From Candidatus Zhuqueibacterota bacterium (lineage in GTDB: Bacteria; Zhuqueibacterota; Zhuqueibacteria; Thermofontimicrobiales; Thermofontimicrobiaceae), in contig JBMOPW010000034.1 in the NCBI GenBank assembly GCA_049322915.1, positions 224,001 to 288,000 on the forward strand: a stretch of 64,000 bases of DNA. The letters run 5' to 3'. This document shows positions 1 to 10,578 of the stretch, piece after piece (position 1 is the first letter of the stretch; the number at the start of each line of letters is the position of its first letter). The translations under genes and the position numbers were made by a program. A model generated the notes under the pieces. It worked only from the letters and a program-made list of their open reading frames with translations, was not told the origin of the DNA and did not search any database.

Positions 1-332
1 TTCGCTTCGTTGCCGGGTTTTATTTTCTTGATAGTCCTCGTTAATGTACTTGACCGACGAATTTTAACATCATCGACGTATTGAATGACATCTTCCTCCA
101 TCAATCCATATTCATCTGCCGGGCTTTCTTCGCTGATGCTGGTGATGAACACTCCGAATTCCGCTTTGAATTCTTTCTTCATGGAACGCGACAATTCTTC
201 CACGGTGACGCCTAAAAATCCGGTCTTTTTCGGCTCTTTATCGGAAGCAAACGCGGACATCTGGCTGGCAACCAATAGCGCCACTAATGCGACCATCGCA
301 ATGAAAATTGATTTTAAAATTATTTTGTTCAT
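1..332 (-). CDS. Exported PDZ-domain protein (truncated by window edge)
   Basis: Manual translation MNKIILKSIFIAMVALVALLVASQMSAFASDKEPKKTGFLGVTVEEL...GVFITSISEESPADEYGLMEEDVIQYVDD: signal peptide plus PDZ GFLGV and SPA..GL..DVI motifs; RBS AAGGAGG upstream. Not in the ORF track. Confidence 0.85.
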   Translation of the reverse strand, partial: MNKIILKSIFIAMVALVALLVASQMSAFASDKEPKKTGFLGVTVEELSRSMKKEFKAEFGVFITSISEESPADEYGLMEEDVIQYVDDVKIRRSSTLTRTIKKIKPGNEA

Positions 333-403
333 GGCATACCTCCTTGACTGTTCTGATTGGTGATACTCTCTTTTATTTTGATTCACGGCCGTTTTCTAAT
401 GTT

Positions 404-432
404 AGGACGAACTGGCTGTCGAAAAAGTTTTA
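404..432 (-). promoter_or_regulatory. ECF-sigma-type promoter of the PDZ gene
   Basis: Minus strand AAAAC-TTTTTCGACAGCCAGTT(17 nt)-CGTC. Confidence 0.55.
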
Positions 433-473
433 GCGGTCTGAAAATTTCTCCGCATTCACCCCCAATTTTGAAA

Positions 474-502
474 TTGCATTTCGAAAAAAGAATTCGTATA
501 TT
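474..502 (+). promoter_or_regulatory. Sigma70-type promoter
   Basis: TTGCAT-N17-TATATT upstream of the 664 gene. Confidence 0.55.
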
Positions 503-576
503 CTGCACCTGATAGATTTTTTAAACACAATGACATGATCGCGCTGGAAATTTATCTGGCGCAATTAATGTAAAGT

Positions 577-611
577 AACGTATGTTCCCGAATCAGTGCA
601 TCGTTCGGGAT
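577..611. repeat. REP-like palindromic element, copy 1
   Basis: AACGTATGTTCCCGAATCAGTGCATCGTTCGGGAT, similar to 51052-51085. Confidence 0.5.
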
Positions 612-663
612 CGAAACCCGGAACAACTGGTGTGAACCCAGTAACATTCTGGCCAATCAGGGA

Positions 664-1155
664 ATGACCATGCTTCTGATCACTGTCGGCATCATCGGCA
701 CAATTCTCATCGTGTTAGGACTCATCGGCTGCCTTGTCCCGGCGCTGCCCGGCCCACCTCTCAGCTATGCCGCGCTGCTGATTCTGGCGCTGGTTCAGAA
801 ATTCCAGCCGCCGCTCACCGGCGCCTTGATGCTCGTGATGCTGGGCGTGATGATCGTTATGGCGGTATTGGATTATTTCATTCCCGCGCTGGGCGCCAAA
901 ATGTACGGGTCATCGAAATGGGGCGTCTGGGGCGCGATGCTGGGGATGTTGTTCGGCGCTATTTCCTTTCCTCCGCTGGGATTGCTGGTCGGCGCGTTCG
1001 TCGGCGCCATCGTCGCTGAACTGGCAGCGGGCAAACCCGGCAAAGACGCGCTGCGCGCTGGCTGGGGTGTCTTTCTGGGGACCATGGCCGGATCTCTGCT
1101 GAAGCTGATTGTCACCGGCCTGATGGCCTATTATTTTTACGCTGCGCTATTTTAA
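664..1155 (+). CDS. DUF456-family membrane protein
   Basis: G..VP.LPGP, DY.IPALGAK.YGSSKWG, GAFVGAIVAE motifs. Confidence 0.85.
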   Translation: MTMLLITVGIIGTILIVLGLIGCLVPALPGPPLSYAALLILALVQKFQPPLTGALMLVMLGVMIVMAVLDYFIPALGAKMYGSSKWGVWGAMLGMLFGAISFPPLGLLVGAFVGAIVAELAAGKPGKDALRAGWGVFLGTMAGSLLKLIVTGLMAYYFYAALF

Positions 1156-1167
1156 TCCGGAGCAGGC

Positions 1168-3048
1168 ATGAAAAAACTATTGGCAGAAATTTTCAGCGAA
1201 CACGAGGCAACCATTCGTGAGCAATGGGCGTTTCAGCTCAGCAAGAAGTATGAAAAAGTCGACGCAGGCTACAATCACGTCCTGTTCGAACTTCTGAAAG
1301 AAATCTTTGACCTGCCCGATTCGGAAGAGCCGCTTCGCCACGCCGAAACATTTTTATCGCCCATCGACCCACTCGATGAAGGTGAAATCTCCAGCTTTTT
1401 GGAGGACCTGATCATCGGCAAAGTGATATTTTTCAATTCGCTCAAACTGACGACGCTGCCGTTGGCTGTGCTGGAAGCGCAGATGCGATTTTCGAACCAG
1501 TTCGACATGTTCCTGTTTCAACTCTGGAACCGGTTGCACAACAGACAAGCAGAGCAGTTGAGCCGCAAGCGAATCATCTTTGAACAGGCTGCCGACTTTC
1601 TGAAAACCACCATCAATTTCACGGACATCGGGTTGTTCATTCTGGATACCGCGCTCAGGATCGTCTACTGGGGCGATGGCATGAAACGCCTCTACAATAT
1701 CGAGGAATCCGAGGTGCTGGAACATTTTGTCCTTGAAAAATTCCCTTCGCTGGAAAAAGAGGGCGTGCATAAAAAATTCATCGATGCGATTGAGAAGAAC
1801 AAATCCAGCGATCTCACCGGCATCCCCCACAAAACGTGGCGCAAAGGCAAGCGCCTTATCGATTTCAAAATTTCACCGCTTCGGGATTCTAATGACCGAA
1901 CCATCGGCGTCAATGTGCTGGTTCATGATGTGACCCAGCGCGAAAAAGAGAAGAAGGCGCTGATTCAGTACGAGCAATTCATCTCCAATATTCTCAAAGA
2001 CGCGGCCGAGGCCATTTTCGTCCTGGATAAAAATGACTGCGTCACCCTGTGGAACAAGCAAGCAGCGAAAATGTACGGCTACAATTCCGAAGAGATAATC
2101 GGGAAACCCATCTCCCTCATCGTGCCCAACGATGAAAAATCCCAGCAGGAGATTGAACGGATCAACAAGCTGGTGAAGGAGAAAGGATTTGTCCGCGACT
2201 TCGAGACGGAGCGCGTCACCCGCGATGGCCGAAAAATGCTGCTCCAAATCACCCGGACAGCCATCAGAAATGAAAAGGGAGAATATCTGGGCAGTTCGGT
2301 CATTGCGCGGGACATCACCGAGACCCGACGGCTGGAGCAGCAGCTCATTCAATCAGAAAAATTATCTGCCGTGGGGCAACTGGCTGCCGGCATCGCCCAC
2401 GAAGTTGGGTCTCCGCTCACGGCTATTTCATCGCTGGCGCAATTGCTCTACGAGCAAAGCAGCGACGAATCGAATCGGGATAAACTGAAATTAATCAGGG
2501 AACAGATCGACCGCATCGCCCGAATTGTCCGCGAGTTGGTGAATTTCTCCAAACCAATCACCACCACGGTGGGCAATGTCTCTGTGAATGCGGTGATTGA
2601 AGAGGCCGTTCGAATTGTGAAATACGACAAGCGGTTGAAATACATCAAAACGGCGACAGAGCTGTTTCCGGCTCTGCCCTCGATCAAAATTTCGTTCGAT
2701 CAACTGCTGCAGGTGCTGGTGAATATTTTGCTCAACGCCGGTGACGCGCTGGAGGGCAAGAAAAATGGCACCATCACCATCAACAGCCGGCTGGTGGGTG
2801 AAAAAATTATCATCACCATCATGGATAACGGCATTGGTATCGAGCCGGAAAATCTGGATAAAATATTTGAACCATTTTTTACGACCAAAAAGCCCGGCAA
2901 AGGCACGGGACTGGGACTCTGGGTGTGCTACAATATCGTGAAAGGATTTTCCGGGGATTTGCTGGTTGAAAGCGAACAGGGAAAAGGCACTGCCTTTCAT
3001 GTTGTATTGCCGATTTTAACCAATCTGGACGAGAAGACCGATGAATGA
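1168..3048 (+). CDS. Cytoplasmic PAS-PAS sensor histidine kinase
   Basis: Two PAS domains, H-box [12 protein letters not shown] boxes, GTGLGL. Confidence 0.92.
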   Translation: MKKLLAEIFSEHEATIREQWAFQLSKKYEKVDAGYNHVLFELLKEIFDLPDSEEPLRHAETFLSPIDPLDEGEISSFLEDLIIGKVIFFNSLKLTTLPLAVLEAQMRFSNQFDMFLFQLWNRLHNRQAEQLSRKRIIFEQAADFLKTTINFTDIGLFILDTALRIVYWGDGMKRLYNIEESEVLEHFVLEKFPSLEKEGVHKKFIDAIEKNKSSDLTGIPHKTWRKGKRLIDFKISPLRDSNDRTIGVNVLVHDVTQREKEKKALIQYEQFISNILKDAAEAIFVLDKNDCVTLWNKQAAKMYGYNSEEIIGKPISLIVPNDEKSQQEIERINKLVKEKGFVRDFETERVTRDGRKMLLQITRTAIRNEKGEYLGSSVIARDITETRRLEQQLIQSEKLSAVGQLAAGIAHEVGSPLTAISSLAQLLYEQSSDESNRDKLKLIREQIDRIARIVRELVNFSKPITTTVGNVSVNAVIEEAVRIVKYDKRLKYIKTATELFPALPSIKISFDQLLQVLVNILLNAGDALEGKKNGTITINSRLVGEKIIITIMDNGIGIEPENLDKIFEPFFTTKKPGKGTGLGLWVCYNIVKGFSGDLLVESEQGKGTAFHVVLPILTNLDEKTDE

Positions 3049-4393
3049 AAAACTGCTCATTGTGGACGATGATGAAATCCTCCGCGAATCTCTGACTGCC
3101 GTGCTGGAGAACCGCGGTTTTCGGGTCTCTCAGGCGCACGATGGCCAGCAGGGACTTGATCTGATTTCGCACAACGAATTCGACCTCGTCATTTCCGACA
3201 TTGCCATGCCCAGGATGGACGGCATCGAGCTGATGGAAAAAGCGACTCAACTGAATCCGCGCATTCCATTTATCATCATCACCGCGCACGCCTCCATCGA
3301 GACAGCCATTTCTGCGCTGCGAAAGGGCGCGTTCGACTACCTGATCAAACCCATCAATTTCGAGGATGTCTATCTCAAGATCGATAAATTGCTGAAGCAT
3401 CGGGAGATCGTGTTCGAGAACCAGGTGCTGCGGACTGAACTGAACAATCAGTATAATTTCAACAACATCGTCGGCAAGAGCGCGGTCATTCAGCAGGTGT
3501 TTCAAACAATTCGCCAGGTTTCCCAGACCGATAGCAACGTGCTGATCACCGGCAGAAGCGGAACAGGCAAAGAACTTGTCGCCCGGGCCATTCATTTCAA
3601 CAGCCCGCGAACCAAGGGCCGATTCGTCCCCATCAACTGCGCCGCAATCTCAGAGACGCTCTTCGAGAGCGAGCTTTTCGGCCACCGCAGAGGCGCATTC
3701 ACAGGCGCGGTCTCGGACAAGGAAGGTATTTTCAAAGTTGCCGGCAAAGGCAGCCTGTTCCTGGATGAGATCAGCGAAATACCGATCAACATCCAGGCCA
3801 AGCTGCTTCGGGCCATTGAGATGAAGGAGGTGATTCCTGTGGGCGGCGTGACCCCGGAAAAAGTGGACATGCGAATCATTGCCGCTTCCAATCGCGACCT
3901 GGCTGAAGAAGTGAAAAAGGGTACGTTTCGGGAAGATTTATTTTACCGGCTGAATATCATCCATATCAAGCTCCCTTCGCTGTCCGAACGCCCGGAAGAC
4001 ATACCGCTGCTGGTCAACCATTTCATTCAAAATTTTCGCGGACAGATGAACCGACAGGTCAAAAATGTGGATTATCAGGTCATGCAAATTCTCATGGCCC
4101 GACAATGGCAGGGCGAAATTCGGGAATTGCAGAATGTCATCGAGCGCGCCATGATTTTCTGCCAGGGCGAAACCATCACCCTGAACGACCTGCCGCAGGA
4201 TTTTCTGCCGGCTGGCCAGACGCCCCGGCCGGTATCCGGCGGACTGACTTTGAAACAGGCCGTCGAGGCATTCGAGAAAAATTATATCGCTCAGGAATTA
4301 TCGCGCAATCAATTTCATCGCGGCAAAACCGCCAGGGCGCTGGGCATTGGTGAAGCCACGCTGTATCGGAAATTGGGCGATTCGAACCGCTGA
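3041..4393 (+). CDS. NtrC-family sigma54-dependent response regulator
   Basis: REC, GRSGTGKE, GAFTGA, C-terminal Fis HTH. Confidence 0.95.
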   Translation: MNEKLLIVDDDEILRESLTAVLENRGFRVSQAHDGQQGLDLISHNEFDLVISDIAMPRMDGIELMEKATQLNPRIPFIIITAHASIETAISALRKGAFDYLIKPINFEDVYLKIDKLLKHREIVFENQVLRTELNNQYNFNNIVGKSAVIQQVFQTIRQVSQTDSNVLITGRSGTGKELVARAIHFNSPRTKGRFVPINCAAISETLFESELFGHRRGAFTGAVSDKEGIFKVAGKGSLFLDEISEIPINIQAKLLRAIEMKEVIPVGGVTPEKVDMRIIAASNRDLAEEVKKGTFREDLFYRLNIIHIKLPSLSERPEDIPLLVNHFIQNFRGQMNRQVKNVDYQVMQILMARQWQGEIRELQNVIERAMIFCQGETITLNDLPQDFLPAGQTPRPVSGGLTLKQAVEAFEKNYIAQELSRNQFHRGKTARALGIGEATLYRKLGDSNR

Positions 4394-4504
4394 GGTGTGC
4401 TGCATCCATCACACCGAAATCGACCGTTCATGAAATGGCTGGTCTGATGCGCTCGTCGCAATTCACTCATCTTTATTACTCTATTGAAGTAGCAGGCTGG
4501 AATT

Positions 4505-5428
4505 ATGAAAAATCAAATTGCACTTCCCATCGCGTTGCTTCTGTCGCTCCTGTTTTCCTGCTCAAAAAACGAGACGTCCCGGGAGACGGATCTTCGATTG
4601 AATATCGTCGCCACCACCGGCATGATCGCCGATATGGTGAAAAATATCGGCGGTGAGGCGGTGAACGTGACTCAACTGATGGGGCCGGGAGTCGATCCCC
4701 ATCTTTTCAAAGCTTCGCAGCGGGATATGGTGAAGCTGGCCAACGCGGATCTGATTTTTTACAACGGCCTGCACCTGGAAGGCAAGATGACTGATATTCT
4801 GAAAAAAATCAACAAGTGGAAGAAGACAATTCCGGTGTCCGACGGAGTGAATCCGGACCGGCTCAAACGGCCGCCCGAATTCGAAGGGCAATACGATCCC
4901 CATATCTGGTTCGATGTGGCGCTGTGGGCAGACGCCGCCCGTTTTGTCCAGCGCGCGCTCACTGAATTTGATGCGCGCCATGATTCCGTGTATCAGGCCA
5001 ATGGCGACGCCTATATTCACCAGTTGACTGAACTGCACGACTGGACGCTGGAGCAGATTCATTCCATCCCGGAAAATCAACGCGTCCTTGTGACGGCGCA
5101 CGATGCGTTCGGCTATTTCGGAATCGCCTACGGCATCGGCGTGACCGGATTGCAGGGCATCTCCACTGTGGCGGAATACGGCGTCAATGATGTCACGCGG
5201 ATGGTGGATTTCATTGTTGAAAAAAAACTGCCTGCCATTTTTGTCGAATCGAGCATCCCGGCCCGATCCATTGAAGCCATCATCGCCGGGTGCAGGGCCA
5301 AAGGCGCTCACGTCAAAATCGGCGGCACACTCTACTCCGACGCCATGGGTGGTCCGGGCAGCGACGCGGATACCTACTTCGGCATGGTGAAATTCAACGT
5401 CAATACCATCGTCGCCGCCCTGAAATGA
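4505..5428 (+). CDS. TroA/MntA-like metal ABC substrate-binding lipoprotein
   Basis: Lipobox LFSC; DPH, YDPHIW, TAHDAF, YSD metal-ligand motifs. Confidence 0.92.
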   Translation: MKNQIALPIALLLSLLFSCSKNETSRETDLRLNIVATTGMIADMVKNIGGEAVNVTQLMGPGVDPHLFKASQRDMVKLANADLIFYNGLHLEGKMTDILKKINKWKKTIPVSDGVNPDRLKRPPEFEGQYDPHIWFDVALWADAARFVQRALTEFDARHDSVYQANGDAYIHQLTELHDWTLEQIHSIPENQRVLVTAHDAFGYFGIAYGIGVTGLQGISTVAEYGVNDVTRMVDFIVEKKLPAIFVESSIPARSIEAIIAGCRAKGAHVKIGGTLYSDAMGGPGSDADTYFGMVKFNVNTIVAALK

Positions 5429-5657
5429 ACCGAAACCAGTCTGAGTTGGGTGCGACTGTCCCCGGTTCGGAAGACTGTTTTGTCATGTAAAAATAGAATC
5501 AGACCGCTTTCTCCCTCCTGCATTGCAGAGCTTGCCGAATAAAATTCACATCCTGCCGTTTAAGATTTTGATGTAGCATGTCGATACAAATATCGCTCAA
5601 TTCCCGTAACTATCAGAGAGCCGTTTCTCTCAAAATTTTATCGACATGGAGTACACC

Positions 5658-6296
5658 ATGAGACGACTTGCATTCATACCAATCGCGATGATGGTGCTGG
5701 CATCGTCTTCGCCGGCGCAGTGGTCAAGAAGCGCGATGACCGTTAAATTCGGCAATTTCAGTCCCAAAGACATTGGCCCCAGCTATGTGATCAGCGCAAA
5801 TTTCATGTTTCATCTGTCGCTGTCCGATGAACTGGGCTTTGGTGTGGATTACTACGGCAAGCATGAAAAGGACATCATCACGCTGAAGGACAAATACCTG
5901 GTGGGGCCCATCCTCGAAAAAGAAGTCCAGACAATCGCCAGGACAAATGTCCACCTCATCCCGGTGTATGCGCAGTATCTGTTTCGCATGCCAATCTCGC
6001 CCCGGAATACGGCATGCATCACAGGAACCGCCGGGTACAATTTTCTGATCAGCAAATTTACCGACTATTACGACGAGAGCAAATCCATTATGAACCAGTA
6101 CCAGGGGTTCCGATGGACGGTTGGCCTGGGCATCCTGTACCGATTGAATCACCACATGCAGATTGCGTGTGATGCGGCCTACAATTATTCAAAAGTGAGT
6201 CGGGATATTTCAGCAACGGGCAGCGCACCCACAGAGGCAGTGGTGGATATTTCCGGGTTTTCCTTTTTGATCGGATTGCGACGCAGTCTTTTCTGA
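5658..6296 (+). CDS. Outer-membrane beta-barrel protein
   Basis: Signal peptide, amphipathic strands, terminal Phe; ATG 5658 follows GGAG. Confidence 0.7.
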   Translation: MRRLAFIPIAMMVLASSSPAQWSRSAMTVKFGNFSPKDIGPSYVISANFMFHLSLSDELGFGVDYYGKHEKDIITLKDKYLVGPILEKEVQTIARTNVHLIPVYAQYLFRMPISPRNTACITGTAGYNFLISKFTDYYDESKSIMNQYQGFRWTVGLGILYRLNHHMQIACDAAYNYSKVSRDISATGSAPTEAVVDISGFSFLIGLRRSLF

Positions 6297-6441
6297 TCCC
6301 AATTTTCACTCACCCTGCTTCCGCAATCTCAACGCCTGTCTCTCTTTTCCGACTCAATTCCGAGGGCGGTGAATTGAAACCGATTTTGCGCGCGACCGTT
6401 GCTTCGCCCCGGCTCTTTTTACTTTTCACAGTAAATAACTG

Positions 6442-6470
6442 TTGATTTTCATCTCCCGATTTCTTATATT
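6442..6470 (+). promoter_or_regulatory. Sigma70-type promoter
   Basis: TTGATT-N17-TATATT upstream of the TM1266-like gene. Confidence 0.55.
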
Positions 6471-6539
6471 TGCCGCCGAATAAATTACGTTGAATAACTC
6501 TCACATGGAGGGGTAATTCCCTGACATTCAGGAGGAACA

Positions 6540-6815
6540 ATGGAACCGCAAATAGCCAACCGAAGAATTGGCGTTGTCGCCATTATCGTTTACCAACCGG
6601 ATGATGTATATAACCGGCTCAATGACATCCTTCATGAATTCTCTTCGATCATCATCGGAAGATTAGGCCTGCCCTACAGGGAGCGTCGCCTCTCAATCAT
6701 CTCTCTCATCGTTGATGGCAGCACCGACGAAATCGGCGCCATGACCGGCAAAATCGGTCAGTTGCCTTTTGTCAGTGTGAAAGCGTCTTTTGCAAAGCAG
6801 CATTACGAGGGATGA
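6540..6815 (+). CDS. TM1266-family putative iron-only hydrogenase system regulator
   Basis: RIGVVAIIV...LNDILHEF..IIIGRLGLPY...IISLIVDG..DEIGAMTGKIGQLP.VSVK. Confidence 0.85.
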   Translation: MEPQIANRRIGVVAIIVYQPDDVYNRLNDILHEFSSIIIGRLGLPYRERRLSIISLIVDGSTDEIGAMTGKIGQLPFVSVKASFAKQHYEG

Positions 6816-6904
6816 AACGGCTTTCTCCCGAAATGAATGCGATGAAATATTTAATTGCCTTCACGGCATTGAACGAGGAGATATTTTTACGGAGGATAGG
6901 TGCA

Positions 6905-8980
6905 ATGAAACTGAGAATTGGTACATGGCTCGTTGGTTTTCTTTTATTCGTAGGCGTCAATGGCTTCGGCCAGGAAGCGGACGTCTCATCCGACAGCGTG
7001 CGGTATCGGCTGAACCAGGTTGTCGTGACCGCCAATCGCTACGAGAAAGAAGCGTTTGAAACCCATATTCCTGTCACCACGATTCAACCGCATGAAGTCT
7101 GGCAATCCGGGCTGGACAATGTCGGTGAAATTTTGCAGCAAACGCCGGGCGTGGATTTCTCCAGCGCCGGTCCGTGGAGCCAGAAATTGGTGATCCGGGG
7201 ATTGGTCAGTCCTCAGGTACTCACGTTAATCGACGGCATGCGGCTGGATATTTTACGCGGCTACGGCAATCACGCGCCGCTCATCGACGTCAATCAGGTG
7301 GAGCGCATCGAGGTAATTCGCGGGCCGGCGTCGACACTGTACGGCTCCGAAGCCATTGCCGGCGTTGTGAATTACATCACCCGACAACCGAGTTTCAATT
7401 CAACTCAGCGAGCATTTCACGGCAATGCCGGGCTTCACTATTCGAGCGTCAATAATCAGAGCACGGAGCACGCGCTCGTGACCAGCAATCACGCTCGTTG
7501 GTCTCTGCTCGTCGGCGTTTCCAACCGTAAGGCTGACGATATCCGCACACCCACGGGGACGCTCATCAATACAGCCTTCAACGGCTACACGCTCAACACC
7601 AAAATCGGCGCACGTCTTTCCGAGAACCATTCCGTGACTTTGTCCGGCCAGAGCAACCGAATGAAGGACGTTGGCGTGCCCACGAATCCCTATTCCATTC
7701 GCGCCAAATTTCTGAAGTACAATCACGATGTCATTTCCTTGAATTATGCCTATCAAGCGAAGCAAAGAACCTGGACCGATTCGAAGCTGACGCTCTATTA
7801 TCAGCAGGGTGAGCGGAACTTCGAAACATACATTTTTCAAAAGCCCAACGGCGCGCTGTTCGTGAATCAATTATTGAATGCCAATCGCCAGGTCAATTCC
7901 TTTGGCTCGAATTTTCAGAATTCTTTTTCGCTGATTCCAGGCAATGTCCTGGTTGCCGGCATCGACCTCTATTCCGAATTTGATGAAACCGATCGCATCG
8001 CCGATGCGGTCATCAACAACGCGGCAGGCGTCATTGTTAAAGATCCGCCGGCAGATCTCACGCCGCCGTCGCCGAAAGCCGAACGCAAGAGTCTGGGCGT
8101 GTACATCGAAGATGAACATACAGTGGCCACGCGGCTCACTATCACAGCCGGCGCCCGATTCGATTACATGATCAGTCACGCGGACGGCACCCCGGCAACG
8201 CTCGCCGCGCAAAATATCGACAAGATGGATCAGGATTTCAGCGGCAATCTGGGCGCGCTGTATCGATTGACGCCGCGGCTGCATCTGATGGCCAATATCG
8301 GTCGCGCGTTCAAGGCGCCGACGCTGCAGGAGCGACTTTTCGCCGGCACGGCCCAGGTCGGCTATCTCTACGGCAATCCTGCGTTGAATTCGGAAAGAAG
8401 CCTGAATATGGATGGCGGATTCAAATGGCAGACAGTCAATTTCTCGGGCGAGTTCAATCTATTCCATAACCGAATCACTGACTTCATCGTGATGAAACCC
8501 ATCAGTGCGGCTGCGGACACTTTTCTGTACGACAATGTCGGCAAAGCAGCTCTGTTCGGGGGCGAGCTGCAAATTCGCTACAACTTAACGCGTCGGATAT
8601 CACTGCTGGTGAGTTCCTCCTACACCCGGGGCGAGGATGAAACCAGCGGCGACGCCCTGCCAAAAGTGCCGCCGTTTCAGGGAATCGTGGGACTTCGGTT
8701 TGATGGAACCGGTCGCGCTTACTGGATCGAATTCAATGGGCGATTTGTCGCAGCGCAGGACCGTGTCGCGGATGATGAACCGGCGACGGATGGGTATAAT
8801 CTGTTCAATTTCAGTTCCGGAATCAATGTGCAATCGGTCATTCGTTCTTCGTTTCCGCTGTACGTGACATTTCACGTCAGAAATTTATTTGACAAAAGCT
8901 ATCGGGATCATCTGTCGTACGTGACGTGGTGGGACGCGCCAGGCCGGAATATCAGTATCGGATTGAACAGCAGTTTTTGA
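6905..8980 (+). CDS. TonB-dependent receptor
   Basis: VVVTANR TonB-box region, plug ERIEVIRGPASTLYGS, C-terminal PGRN...F; RBS GGAGGA before ATG 6905. Confidence 0.93.
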   Translation: MKLRIGTWLVGFLLFVGVNGFGQEADVSSDSVRYRLNQVVVTANRYEKEAFETHIPVTTIQPHEVWQSGLDNVGEILQQTPGVDFSSAGPWSQKLVIRGLVSPQVLTLIDGMRLDILRGYGNHAPLIDVNQVERIEVIRGPASTLYGSEAIAGVVNYITRQPSFNSTQRAFHGNAGLHYSSVNNQSTEHALVTSNHARWSLLVGVSNRKADDIRTPTGTLINTAFNGYTLNTKIGARLSENHSVTLSGQSNRMKDVGVPTNPYSIRAKFLKYNHDVISLNYAYQAKQRTWTDSKLTLYYQQGERNFETYIFQKPNGALFVNQLLNANRQVNSFGSNFQNSFSLIPGNVLVAGIDLYSEFDETDRIADAVINNAAGVIVKDPPADLTPPSPKAERKSLGVYIEDEHTVATRLTITAGARFDYMISHADGTPATLAAQNIDKMDQDFSGNLGALYRLTPRLHLMANIGRAFKAPTLQERLFAGTAQVGYLYGNPALNSERSLNMDGGFKWQTVNFSGEFNLFHNRITDFIVMKPISAAADTFLYDNVGKAALFGGELQIRYNLTRRISLLVSSSYTRGEDETSGDALPKVPPFQGIVGLRFDGTGRAYWIEFNGRFVAAQDRVADDEPATDGYNLFNFSSGINVQSVIRSSFPLYVTFHVRNLFDKSYRDHLSYVTWWDAPGRNISIGLNSSF

Positions 8981-9003
8981 GGCGTACTGAGGTTGAGCAG
9001 CAG

Positions 9004-9420
9004 CTAATCCAAACATTGCCGGGATTGGGAGATGCGCGTCTTTCGGGCCTGCAGTCCATTGTTGACAACAGCGCGCAATTCATCCGGGGTGAACGGCTTG
9101 GCTAAATATTCGAACGCGCCGTTTTTCATGGCGTCTTCAGCGACTTCCTTTGTTGCATACCCGGTGATGACAATGGTCACGATGTCCGGATTCATTTTTT
9201 GAATCGTCTCCAGCACGTGCATGCCGCTCAACTGGGGCATCATCAAATCGATGAGAACGACATCATACGGCTGGTCGTGAAGTTTTGCAATACCTAAAAT
9301 TCCGTTTTCAACGCAATCGATGTTCACACCTTCCATTTGCAACGCTTTCTTGCAACTGAGGCGCATCACAGGTTCATCATCGATGACAAGGATGTGAATT
9401 TTCTCATTTGAGTTACTCAT
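9004..9420 (-). CDS. Stand-alone response regulator receiver
   Basis: VIDDE, DLMMP, ITGY, AKPF. Confidence 0.9.
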   Translation of the reverse strand: MSNSNEKIHILVIDDEPVMRLSCKKALQMEGVNIDCVENGILGIAKLHDQPYDVVLIDLMMPQLSGMHVLETIQKMNPDIVTIVITGYATKEVAEDAMKNGAFEYLAKPFTPDELRAVVNNGLQARKTRISQSRQCLD

Positions 9421-9449
9421 AATACAGATCAATACTCAACTTTAATCGT

Positions 9450-10004
9450 ATGGGAAATCATTCGAAAAATGTTTTCATCGCCAGACTGGCAATACTGGTA
9501 TCGCTCACGGTGGGGATACAGCTTGCCGGCCTGCCGCAGCCAATCACCGGCCCAATGATCAATGCCTTGCTGCTGCTGACCGCCGCTTTAGTTGGCGTCA
9601 TCGCCGGCATCACATTGGGCTGCTTGACCCCGCTGTTAGCTTTGATTCGCGGCCAGCTCCCGGCGATTCTGGCGCCCATGGTGCCTTTCATCGCAGTGGG
9701 AAATGCCCTGCTGGTCCTCACCTTTTTCCTGATTTACCGGGCAAAATCATCCGGCCGGGCTGAATCAGATTGGCAGATGTATGCCGGCCTTATCGCCGCC
9801 GCCGTGGTCAAATTCGTTTTTTTATTATTATCGGCACGCCACCTGCTGCAATTGATTTTTGATTATGAAATACCCGACACGTTCATTGTCATGATGTCCA
9901 CGCCACAATTGATCACAGCGTTGGCAGGCGGCGCCATTGCGGCCGCATTGCTGAAAATCATAAAAAGATCGGATATGTTCAAATCGTTCTCCGCTCACTC
10001 TTAA
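9450..10004 (+). CDS. ECF transporter S-component
   Basis: About 6 TM, 184 aa; PQPITGPMINALL, PFIAVGN, PQLITA pattern. Confidence 0.75.
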   Translation: MGNHSKNVFIARLAILVSLTVGIQLAGLPQPITGPMINALLLLTAALVGVIAGITLGCLTPLLALIRGQLPAILAPMVPFIAVGNALLVLTFFLIYRAKSSGRAESDWQMYAGLIAAAVVKFVFLLLSARHLLQLIFDYEIPDTFIVMMSTPQLITALAGGAIAAALLKIIKRSDMFKSFSAHS

Positions 10005-10042
10005 AACGCCCGGGGGACTTCCGTTCGTATGGATAAAAAAAA

Positions 10043-10103
10043 GAGGTACCAGTTGTTCTATCCGTCCCAGAAATTACCCGATCCATTGAACAACTGATAT
10101 CTC
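10043..10103. terminator. Inverted repeat between convergent genes (possible bidirectional terminator)
   Basis: GAGGTACCAGTTGTTC...GAACAACTGATATCTC flanked by A- and T-runs. Confidence 0.55.
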
Positions 10104-10192
10104 ATTTTTATTCCAAAAAAAAGGAGTTTCGACAGAGATCGCTCACACCGCTGCATTGAGTCAACGCCATCTGGCGGCGTGACTCCCCGACA

Positions 10193-10567
10193 TTATTTGC
10201 CTGTATACCGTCTCACAACAGCCAGCAGCTCTTCCGATTTCAGCGGTTTCTGGAGATATTCTTTCACCGGCACAGCCGTGGTGTCGAACATCTGCTGCGC
10301 CGCATTGGCGAACGAGGACAGAATGACGACGGGAATTTTCAAATTCAATTTTTCAATTTCGTCCGCCATTTTGCAGCCGGTATCCACTTCTTCCATCATC
10401 ACATCGAGGAAGATGAAATTGGGTTTGATTGCCTTTATCGCTGCAAGCCCGCTGACGCCGTCTGCTGCTTCATGGACTTCGTAATTTTCAGACTCGAGCA
10501 CGACCTTTGCCATTTCCCTGAAATCCATATCATCATCGATGATGAGGATTTTCGTTTTCTCAGCCAT
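10193..10567 (-). CDS. Stand-alone response regulator receiver
   Basis: IIDDD, FLDVMME, LSS, QKP. Confidence 0.9.
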   Translation of the reverse strand: MAEKTKILIIDDDMDFREMAKVVLESENYEVHEAADGVSGLAAIKAIKPNFIFLDVMMEEVDTGCKMADEIEKLNLKIPVVILSSFANAAQQMFDTTAVPVKEYLQKPLKSEELLAVVRRYTGK

Positions 10568-10578
10568 TTCTCCTCCAT

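Noticed and set aside
85..363. 92-aa + strand ORF
   Set aside because: Antisense shadow of the PDZ gene
6300..6900. Cobalamin or other riboswitch before the TonB receptor
   Set aside because: No B12-box or other conserved riboswitch core visible
6294..8980. Sec read-through at TGA stops of barrel genes (6296, 8980; also 44378)
   Set aside because: Each TGA follows the terminal Phe typical of beta-barrels, so these are true stops
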